Shown in pieces: positions 56,644-64,000 of a stretch of DNA of 64,000 nucleotides (positions are counted from its first letter, which is position 1; every line of letters begins with the position of its first letter). The notes under the pieces are model-generated. The model searched no databases, was not told where the DNA came from, and saw only the letters and a list, made by a program, of their open reading frames with translations. The stretch is from an uncultured Gemmatimonadaceae bacterium. GTDB lineage: Bacteria; Gemmatimonadota; Gemmatimonadetes; Gemmatimonadales; Gemmatimonadaceae. A program made the translations under genes and the position numbers. The stretch lies in NCBI GenBank assembly GCA_963817955.1, contig CAWFQK010000001.1, positions 256,001-320,000 of the forward strand, given 5' to 3'.

Positions 56644-57477
56644 TTGGAGCCGTCACCAATTTCAGTGGTCGCTGTGGTCTCCTCCTTTTTATTTGCGCTC
56701 ACGCTCGCCACGCCCTTTCAGACGGCCACCGCCGACCCGGGACGCTGTTCGCTGACGGAGACGCATGTCGGCTCGTCTCAGATGGTATGGCCAGCGGTGC
56801 ACCGCATGCCCTTTGCATCCGGCGAGGTGTTGGAGTACAGCGTGAATTTCGGCAGGCTGCACGTCGGCTCCGGCGTGATGACCTTATCCACTGATACGAC
56901 GCGCGGCCAGCCAACGTGGAAAGCGATGTTGGCAATCTCGGGCGGATTCTCGTTCGTCAGCGTACACGACACGAGCACGAGCTGGTTCGACACGTCGTTC
57001 AACTCGCTGCGATTCGTGCAGGGACTCCACGAGCCACGCTACCACGCCAATCGCGACACGCAGATCTATCCCGATCGGAAGATGTACCGCACGAGCAACG
57101 ATCCGGAGCAGCAGTCAGTGACCAGCCCGCTCGATGAAGTTGCGCTGGTGTACCTGGTTCGCACGCTCCCGCTGCAACTCGGCCAGTGCTATGAGTTCAA
57201 TCGGTATTTTCAGCCAAGTGGCAATCCGGTCATCGTGCATGTGGTGCGGCGCGAGCGGATCACCGTTCCGGCGGGCACCTTCGACGCCATTGTCTTACGC
57301 CCGGAGATCACGACCTCCGGTATTTTTTCACAGAATGGGCGCGCCGAGCTCTGGCTGTCGGACGATTCATCCCGCGTCGTCCTGCAGATGAAGTCGAGCC
57401 TGCCGTTCGGCTCGATCAATCTCTATCTGACGCACGCCGGGAGCGTGCCGGCGCCCAGCGTCTCAGCGCGCCGCTGA
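56644..57477 (+). CDS. DUF3108 domain exported protein (copy 2)
   Basis: PFASGEVLEY, VPAGTFDA, LWLSDDSSR. Paralogue of 54326-55114. Confidence 0.8.
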   Translation: MEPSPISVVAVVSSFLFALTLATPFQTATADPGRCSLTETHVGSSQMVWPAVHRMPFASGEVLEYSVNFGRLHVGSGVMTLSTDTTRGQPTWKAMLAISGGFSFVSVHDTSTSWFDTSFNSLRFVQGLHEPRYHANRDTQIYPDRKMYRTSNDPEQQSVTSPLDEVALVYLVRTLPLQLGQCYEFNRYFQPSGNPVIVHVVRRERITVPAGTFDAIVLRPEITTSGIFSQNGRAELWLSDDSSRVVLQMKSSLPFGSINLYLTHAGSVPAPSVSARR

Positions 57478-58326
57478 ACGACTGGCCATCGACGACCAGC
57501 CGATATTCATCCGACCATCAGGTGCTGGAGACACGGTGAGCCCTGCGGTGATCCGGCTCATGAGATCGTGGCGATAGGCGTGCGCCTGCACGGCCTGACC
57601 GCTCCATGTCCCGATGAGCACCGCCAGGGGCAGATCGCTCGGCCAATGCACGCGTTGAACGAGACGCGCCGCACCGACGGCACCGGCGAAGGCGAAGGCG
57701 AAATGGTCGACCGTCGGCTCCAGATCGGGATGCAGGCGTCCAATCTCGCCGCTGAGCGTCGCCGCCATTGCGAACGCTGCCGCGGTGTGACCTGAAGGAA
57801 AGGACACGAACGGTCCGTTGCCTTCATGGAAGCCGCGGCCGAACGAGAACCCGCGGCCTTTTTGAACGGTCGGGAGCGCACGCCCAGTCACCCCCTTGGC
57901 GAATCCGGTGATGCCGGCGGCCAGCACCGTTGCCTCCAGATTGTGCATCGCGGCGCTCGCGAGCGGATCGATGCCGGTCACGAGTCCGCCCGCGTACAGG
58001 AGCCCGCTGATGAGGAACGGTCCATCGCCGCCGAAGTACGCCACATTGTTGGCCGTTCGTTGTAGCGTCCGGTTCCCCTGCCAACGAGGCTCGCCGAGCT
58101 CACCGGAGATCGTCCGATCCAGCGGGGCGAGCAGCACGGTGGCGCCAGCCGCCGCGAGCGCCGCCACACCGTTTCGCCGCGTTACCCACGGCACGCGCGC
58201 GGACACGCGCGCGCCGGAAGAATCGCCGCGAACAGAATCTCGTCGCGTGACCGGAGCCTGTGCGCGTGCGATAGACGCGTAGCAGATGAACAACAGCGCG
58301 CCGCTACTGCACCGTGGCGAAGCCAT
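57463..58326 (-). CDS. PAP2 family phosphatase
   Basis: KGVTGRALP, SFPSGH, ARLVQRVHWPSD. Confidence 0.88.
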   Translation of the reverse strand: MASPRCSSGALLFICYASIARAQAPVTRRDSVRGDSSGARVSARVPWVTRRNGVAALAAAGATVLLAPLDRTISGELGEPRWQGNRTLQRTANNVAYFGGDGPFLISGLLYAGGLVTGIDPLASAAMHNLEATVLAAGITGFAKGVTGRALPTVQKGRGFSFGRGFHEGNGPFVSFPSGHTAAAFAMAATLSGEIGRLHPDLEPTVDHFAFAFAGAVGAARLVQRVHWPSDLPLAVLIGTWSGQAVQAHAYRHDLMSRITAGLTVSPAPDGRMNIGWSSMASRSAAR

Positions 58327-58366
58327 ATGCCGTATACAGAGGAGTCGGATTGGATGATCCGCCTGA

Positions 58367-58382
58367 TGCACCCTCTGGGCCA
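58367..58382 (-). promoter_or_regulatory. Candidate sigma54 promoter
   Basis: TGGCCCAGAGGGTGCA, 41 nt upstream of the PAP2 ATG. Confidence 0.4.
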
Positions 58383-58788
58383 CAAATACAATCGAATGCC
58401 CGGCCCGCGGCGCTGGTACAGGCTCGAGCTGCGTCGGCGAGCAAGCGAACGAGACCGGAGAACCGTGGGTAGCGCCGGTCGGCGCGGAATACGGGTGCTG
58501 GATCGACGAGAAGTCGTTTTATAGCGCGCTCCTAATGAAAGAGCTGTAATGCCGCCGCTACCGTGGCTGCGCGTCGTTGCTTTTGGGCCCCCGTCCAACG
58601 GCGCGACGCTCCGCTCGCAACACCGTCTGTTGGGGGCGTTAAGAAATCTGAACACCCAGACCCGGGCGTCCCCACAAGCTCGCGGTGTGCGGAACGGCGT
58701 CGGCCGGTTGGGTGACTTCCAACCTCCTGCGTGGTTGGTGCGTAGCAATGATGTCGAACACGCTCCTGCAACTTTTCTCGAGGTTTCC

Positions 58789-61700
58789 GTGTCAGCTCGC
58801 CGCACATTGTTCCTGCTCGTCCTCGCTCTCCTGGGCGGTTTCGCGCCGCTCCACGCCCAGGATACGCCGGACATCATCCGTGGCCGCGTGATGGGACCGG
58901 ACAAGAAGCCGGTAGAGAACGTCACGGTCACCGCCACATCGCTCACCAATCAGACGTCGCGAACGGCCAAGACGAACAAGGACGGCCGCTTCTCCATCAT
59001 CTTTTCCGGTGGTGGTGGCGATTACATGATGGCCTTCACGTCGATTGGCTTTCAGCCGACGCGGTTCGAAGTGAAACGCGAGGTGGACGAGGACGTACTC
59101 GTTGCCGATGCGTCGATGAGCAAGACGGCGGTGTCGCTCGACGCGATGCGCGTTACCGCGGGCCGAGAGCGTCCTGACCGCAATGGAAACCAAGCGGAAG
59201 TCGGTGGCCGCGAGCAGAGCATCAATCCCAATAACGTACCAATCGACGTCCTCGGCGACCTCTCGGCCATGGCGGCAACACTCCCGGGCATCACCCTCAT
59301 TCCCGGGGCCGACGGAGCCGCGAATGGTTTCTCGGTGCTCGGACTGACGGCCGATCAGAACAACATCACGCTCAACGGCCTGAATTTCTCCGGCACCGAT
59401 CTGCCGCGCGACGCGACGTCGCAGACGCGCGTCACGACGTCGAGCTACGACGTATCGCGTGGCGGCTTCTCCGGCGCCCAGATCGCGCTGCGGACCAACA
59501 GCGGCTCGAACTACACCACGCGGTCGCTGCATCAGACGGTGGACGCGCCAAGCCTGCAGTACACGGACGCCATCGGCCGCTCGCTCGGCCAACAGTTCAC
59601 CAATCTGCAACTCAGCGGCAGCGCGGCAGGCCCGATCACCTTCGACAAGGCATTCTATTCCTTCTCGTGGCAGCTCGGGCGCCGATTCAGCGGGCTTCAG
59701 GATTTACTCAACACCGATCCCCTCGCGCTCGAGCGCGTCGGTGTGTCGGCCGATTCCGTAAGACAGCTGATCGCCATGCTGCAGTCCTCGGGCATTCCGC
59801 TCTCCTCGCCGGCTATCCCGAACAACAAACTGACGCAGAACGGCTCGTTCATCTCGAGCTTCGATTTCGCGCCATCGGGAACGCACACGTTCAACATCAC
59901 CATGAATGGCCGGTGGAGCGGCGCAGACGCGACGAATCTGTCGACGACGGCGGTACCGATCCACGGCGGCCAGACGAGCAGCTACGGCGGTACGCTCCAG
60001 GGGCGCCACTCGGCCTACTTCTGGGACAACTTCCTCAACGAGACGAGCGCGTCGGTCCAGGAGAGCGTGTCGTTGGGCGATCCATATGTCGATCTGCCGT
60101 CGGCCACGGTGCGCGTCAACTCCAATTTCGCCGATGGCACAGCGGGCGTGTCGAATCTGCAGTTCGGTGGCAACTCCGGGCTGCCGCGGAACTCGAACAC
60201 GATCAACAGCGAGGTGCAGAACCAGCTGTCCTGGATCAGCCTCGACAACCAGCACCGCTTCAAGTTCGGCGTCGATCTGCGGTACAATCGCTACTCGCAG
60301 GACAACACGAGCAACCGCCTCGGCACATTCGTCTACAATTCACTGTCCGATTTCCAGAACGACATTCCGGCGAGCTTCTCCCGGCGTCTGCAGGTCAACC
60401 GCCGGCTTGGCGACGACCTTGGGGCGTCGGCGTGGCTCGGCGACTCGTATCGTCGCACGCCGCGTTTTCAGGTCACCTACGGCTTGCGCGTAGACGCGTC
60501 GCACTTTCAGGGCAACCCCGCATTCAACCCCGTCGTCGATTCGATCTTTGGGGCGCGCAATGACGCGGTACCGCGCGGCGTGTACGTGAGTCCGCGACTC
60601 GGATTCAGTTGGACCTACGGCACCAATCCGCAAATTGGCGGGTTCGACGGCGCGGCGCGCGGCTCGCGCGGCCAGATCAGCGGTGGCATTGGGCAGTTCC
60701 AGAATCTGCCGAGCTCCCAGCTCATTGCCGGAGCCGTGGACCAGACCGGTCTCCCGTCAGCTGCACAGCAGTTGAGCTGCATTGGGAGCGCGGTGCCGGC
60801 ACCGGATTGGCTTCAGTATCTGCAAAACACGGGGACCATCCCGAGCACCTGTACCGGCGACCTGACGTCGTACAGCAGCACCGTGCCGAACGTGTCGCTG
60901 TTCGCGCCCGACTATATCCCGCAGCGGAGCTGGCGCGCGAACCTGGGCTGGAACATGCCGGTGCTCAACAACCGCTTCCGGTTGTCGAGTGGCGCCACGT
61001 ACTCGCTCAATCTCAATCAACAGAGCCAGATCGACCTGAACTTCAATCATCAGGTACGATTTACTCTGCCAGATGAAGGGCGGCCGGTGTTCGTGGATCC
61101 GGCGAGCATCGTTCCGACCACAGGCTCAATTCTGTCGCGCGATGCCCGCGTGACGCAGAATTTCGCCCAGGTCACGGATTATCTGTCCGACCTCCAATCG
61201 CACAGTTCGCAGCTCAGCTTTGGCGTCTCGCCAATCGCCTTCAACTCGTCGCTTCAGTGGAGCGCCACGTACATCTGGCAGAAGGTGGTGGAGCAGACGC
61301 GTGGCTTCGGCAGCGGTGGTACAGCGAACGATCCGTACAACATTCAATGGGCGCGCAGCGATCGCGACGCGCGGCATCAGATCACGTACAACATCGGCTA
61401 CACGTTCCACCAAGCGGTGAGCGTGACCGCGTTCGGCCGGTTCCAGTCAGGCAATCCATTCACGCCGATCGTGCAGGGCGACGTGAACGGCGACGGCTAC
61501 GGCAACGATCGCGCATTCATCTACAACCCGGCCGCTCCGACAACCGTTCCGGCACTCGCGTCAGCCATGCAGAGTCTGCTGACGTCAGCGCCGAGCTCGG
61601 TGCGCGACTGCCTCAACAAGCAACTCGGCACCATCGCTGGCAAGAACAGTTGCGAAGGACCGTGGTCGACGAGCCTCAGTTTACGCGTGTCGCTGGTGTC

Positions 61701-62454
61701 GCAGGCGCTGAAGATCCCGGACCGCGCCACGATCTCGCTCGGCATCGCGAATCCACTCACGGGCATCGACGCCTTGGTGCACGGCTCGAACAACCTGCAC
61801 GGGTGGGGCGCGCCGTCCACCGTCGATCCCACGCTGCTCTACGTGCGCGGTTTCGATCCCATGACGCAGCGCTACACCTACGACGTCAACCCGCGGTTCG
61901 GCGCGAATCGCCAGGCGAGCGCGCTCAATCTGGCGCCGATGCAGCTCACGCTCGACGTACGCCTCGACGTCGGCCCCGAACGGGAACGGCAGGATCTCTT
62001 CCTCCGGCTCCGCAGCGGCCGCGGCGGACGCGGCAACAAGCTGAGCGAGTTGCAGGTCAAGCAACAGTACATCCGCAGCTATCCAAACCCGTTCGAGCAG
62101 ATGCTTCGGCAGGGTGATTCGCTCGGCCTGAGCAATGAAGCCGCCGACAGCATCGCGATCCTCAACAAGACGTACGGCAAGGTCATCGATTCGATCTGGA
62201 CGCCGGTTGCAAAGTACCTGTCCGCGCTTCCCGACAAGTACGACCTCGACGAGGCGTACAGCCGTGTGAGCGAGGCGCAGAACAAGTCCCTCGACCAGAT
62301 GGGGATATATGGGCCCGCCGCGAAGCTGCTGCTGACCGATGAGCAAATTCGCAAGCTGCCCCCGTATATCGCGCTGTTCCTCGACAACCAGGCCATTCGC
62401 CAGGTTCGTCCCGGCCGCGCTGGCGGCGGACGCGGTGGGTTCTTCGGGGGCTGA
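58789..62454 (+). CDS. Oar-like/TonB-dependent-type outer-membrane receptor with N-terminal carboxypeptidase-regulatory-like domain and C-terminal extension
   Basis: GAGG RBS, GTG start, signal peptide, IRGRV..TNKDGRF, plug NNITLNG/GGFSGA, barrel YGLRVD, SPRLGFSW, DVNGDG. Confidence 0.82.
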   Translation: MSARRTLFLLVLALLGGFAPLHAQDTPDIIRGRVMGPDKKPVENVTVTATSLTNQTSRTAKTNKDGRFSIIFSGGGGDYMMAFTSIGFQPTRFEVKREVDEDVLVADASMSKTAVSLDAMRVTAGRERPDRNGNQAEVGGREQSINPNNVPIDVLGDLSAMAATLPGITLIPGADGAANGFSVLGLTADQNNITLNGLNFSGTDLPRDATSQTRVTTSSYDVSRGGFSGAQIALRTNSGSNYTTRSLHQTVDAPSLQYTDAIGRSLGQQFTNLQLSGSAAGPITFDKAFYSFSWQLGRRFSGLQDLLNTDPLALERVGVSADSVRQLIAMLQSSGIPLSSPAIPNNKLTQNGSFISSFDFAPSGTHTFNITMNGRWSGADATNLSTTAVPIHGGQTSSYGGTLQGRHSAYFWDNFLNETSASVQESVSLGDPYVDLPSATVRVNSNFADGTAGVSNLQFGGNSGLPRNSNTINSEVQNQLSWISLDNQHRFKFGVDLRYNRYSQDNTSNRLGTFVYNSLSDFQNDIPASFSRRLQVNRRLGDDLGASAWLGDSYRRTPRFQVTYGLRVDASHFQGNPAFNPVVDSIFGARNDAVPRGVYVSPRLGFSWTYGTNPQIGGFDGAARGSRGQISGGIGQFQNLPSSQLIAGAVDQTGLPSAAQQLSCIGSAVPAPDWLQYLQNTGTIPSTCTGDLTSYSSTVPNVSLFAPDYIPQRSWRANLGWNMPVLNNRFRLSSGATYSLNLNQQSQIDLNFNHQVRFTLPDEGRPVFVDPASIVPTTGSILSRDARVTQNFAQVTDYLSDLQSHSSQLSFGVSPIAFNSSLQWSATYIWQKVVEQTRGFGSGGTANDPYNIQWARSDRDARHQITYNIGYTFHQAVSVTAFGRFQSGNPFTPIVQGDVNGDGYGNDRAFIYNPAAPTTVPALASAMQSLLTSAPSSVRDCLNKQLGTIAGKNSCEGPWSTSLSLRVSLVSQALKIPDRATISLGIANPLTGIDALVHGSNNLHGWGAPSTVDPTLLYVRGFDPMTQRYTYDVNPRFGANRQASALNLAPMQLTLDVRLDVGPERERQDLFLRLRSGRGGRGNKLSELQVKQQYIRSYPNPFEQMLRQGDSLGLSNEAADSIAILNKTYGKVIDSIWTPVAKYLSALPDKYDLDEAYSRVSEAQNKSLDQMGIYGPAAKLLLTDEQIRKLPPYIALFLDNQAIRQVRPGRAGGGRGGFFGG

Positions 62455-62484
62455 GAGACGGGAGACAGCAGGCGATCGTGAAAC

Positions 62485-62523
62485 GAAACAGGCCGGAGCG
62501 ATGACGTCGCTCCGGCCTGTTTC
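62485..62523. terminator. Perfect 17-bp inverted repeat between convergent genes
   Basis: GAAACAGGCCGGAGCGA-tgacg-TCGCTCCGGCCTGTTTC. Confidence 0.85.
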
Positions 62524-62564
62524 ATATCTGCTGATGTCTACCGTCTAGCATCTCACGTCGAGCA

Positions 62565-63821
62565 CTAGCGTCTAACGCTTGTCCCGGTGAGCTGCGCGAG
62601 CCCCGCCAACGTGGTCTGGGCGGCATTCAGCCCCAGCCTGAAATCCTTTTCACTGTAGGTCGCGAAGACATCGGTTGGTTGGTGCCACTGCGGATCCCAG
62701 CCCGCGCCCACCTGTGCACCGCGCTCATTCTCGCGCAGGCTGATCGCCGGAATGATGTCCTTGAATGGATCGGAGTCGGTGTTCGTCATATGCGGTCCGA
62801 CCGCCGCGGGATAATCGGTCGCGTACTTCTCATTCGCTGCCTTGAGGAACCAGGCCAGCTTCTGCGAGGCGTCGGCTTCCTTGGCAGCGGACGCAAACTC
62901 GATGTTCACGTCGGCTTCCAGACGCTGCTCCTTACTCATGGTGCCGTCGGGGCGCGGCATGCCGTGATCGAACAGCATCATGTCGTGCTGGATCATGCCA
63001 AGCCATTTCGGCTCCGGGTACTTGCCGGAAGCCGCCGGACTTTCCTTGCCCTGGAGCGCCTGCCGCTGTGCGATGTAGGCGCGGGCGCCGTTCAGGCCAC
63101 TCTCCTCATTGTTCCAGAGGACGAAGCGAATGGAGCGGTCTGTCTTGACGTCCGGCCCGCTGAACACGCGCGCCAATTCCATCACCAGTGCCGTGCCCGA
63201 GCCATCATCGTTCGCCGCTTCGCCCCAGCCAATGCCGTCCATGTGGCCACCAACGATGTACATCTCCTCGGGGTGAGTCGTCCCGATCTTCGTGCAGTAG
63301 ACCTCTTGCCGCTCGCCAGGGGTGCTCGGCTGCGCATCAATGGCGCGGATGCGCGGATCCGGTTGTGCGAGCGAATCGTTATTGACTCCGGTGCGGGTGC
63401 GAACGCCGAACATTCGGCTGCCCCCCTGCCCATTCGCTGGGCCAACTCCGATCACATTTCCTCCGGCTCCCCCGGCTCCCGCTGCTCCGCGTCCGCGTCC
63501 GCGTCCAGCACCCGGCGCTGCAGCCGCACGCGGCGGCGGCGGCTCGTACTGGTACGTGATCCGCTCGGTATTCGTGCAGCCATAGCTCTTGAGCTGTGCC
63601 TCGATCCAGTCCACCGCCGCGCGATTGCGGTCGGTGCCCTGGCGACGGTCTCCGAATTGGGTAAGACCCTTGATCGTCGCCTGGTACTTCCCGAGGTCAA
63701 GGCGCCCTACGAGGGTGCGCACGGGGTCGTTTGCCGTATCGGCGGTGGCTTGCGCGAAAGCCTGGGCGCTAGTCAGAACGAGTAGCCCGCAGGCAATTCG
63801 AATCTTGGAAATCGAACGCAT
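62565..63821 (-). CDS. Secreted M28 family peptidase
   Basis: Signal peptide, GGHMD, ANDDGSG, NNEESGL, HDM, TDS, WHQPTD. Confidence 0.9.
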   Translation of the reverse strand: MRSISKIRIACGLLVLTSAQAFAQATADTANDPVRTLVGRLDLGKYQATIKGLTQFGDRRQGTDRNRAAVDWIEAQLKSYGCTNTERITYQYEPPPPRAAAAPGAGRGRGRGAAGAGGAGGNVIGVGPANGQGGSRMFGVRTRTGVNNDSLAQPDPRIRAIDAQPSTPGERQEVYCTKIGTTHPEEMYIVGGHMDGIGWGEAANDDGSGTALVMELARVFSGPDVKTDRSIRFVLWNNEESGLNGARAYIAQRQALQGKESPAASGKYPEPKWLGMIQHDMMLFDHGMPRPDGTMSKEQRLEADVNIEFASAAKEADASQKLAWFLKAANEKYATDYPAAVGPHMTNTDSDPFKDIIPAISLRENERGAQVGAGWDPQWHQPTDVFATYSEKDFRLGLNAAQTTLAGLAQLTGTSVRR

Positions 63822-63920
63822 CAGAATCCTGTTCAGTGGTAGGCGCCGGCCACGCGGCAGTTCCGCCGGCACTGGATCATGGATTTTGAGCGGTGTATCG
63901 GCAAGTGGCCGCACAAACTG

Positions 63921-63965
63921 CGGGACACGGACACGAGACACGAGACACGGGACACGGACACGGGA
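63921..63965. repeat. Tandem CG(G/A)GACA/CGGACA 6-7-mer array
   Basis: cgggaca cggaca cgagaca cgagaca cgggaca cggaca cggga. Confidence 0.85.
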
Positions 63966-63969
63966 TCCC

Positions 63970-63996
63970 TGTCATCCTGAGCGGAGCGAAGGATCT
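63970..63996 (+). repeat. REP-like palindromic element
   Basis: TGTCATCCTGAGCGGAGCGAAGGATCT with an ATCCT/AGGAT stem. It resembles a dispersed intergenic repeat I recall from other bacteria, and occurs once in this window. Confidence 0.6.
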
Positions 63997-64000
63997 CCGT

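Noticed and set aside
58500..58565. Fluoride or cobalamin riboswitch upstream of the receptor
   Set aside because: Only a loose GCTC/GAGC-TAATG resemblance. The pseudoknot complement and the B12-box motifs are missing.
63921..63965. CRISPR array
   Set aside because: Units are 6-7 nt with no spacers, and there are no cas genes in the window.

Overview
This is a GC-rich, gene-dense bacterial chromosomal segment with about 60 CDS. I found no rRNA, tRNA, CRISPR array, integrase or transposase. Gene content and protein style suggest Gemmatimonadota, which is an inference not checked by search. Recognisable loci: pgm, a type IV pilin, pepT, a MASE1-PAS hybrid kinase, a VPS10/BNR-repeat protein, DUF59, RNase D, a five-gene coupled operon, ferredoxin, YhbY, sufBCDUS-yciI, a WtpABC-type oxyanion transporter, an ABC-2 exporter, a DUF883/holin-like/DUF3618 triad, an orphan KdpE/short-KdpD pair, AlaX, GT9, an M16 peptidase pair, an omega-aminotransferase, a TsdA-like cytochrome c, an ABC-DUF3108-GT-C-DUF3108 cluster with PAP2, an Oar-like outer-membrane receptor and several secreted peptidases. 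The main unexplained signals are: (1) a ~180-nt structured, terminated non-coding element directly behind the kdpD-like gene, preceded by an 11-bp-period tandem repeat typical of OmpR-family sites; (2) an inverted, start-less ~110-nt copy of the conserved pilin segment just beyond the pilin terminator, an inversion-switch or antisense-like layout; (3) a structured sufB leader behind an IscR-like box; (4) a WtpA apparently lacking both carboxylate ligands; (5) hints of D(S/T) protein O-glycosylation. Several single-base indels may be assembly errors. All family calls come from motif recognition by eye, not database searches.
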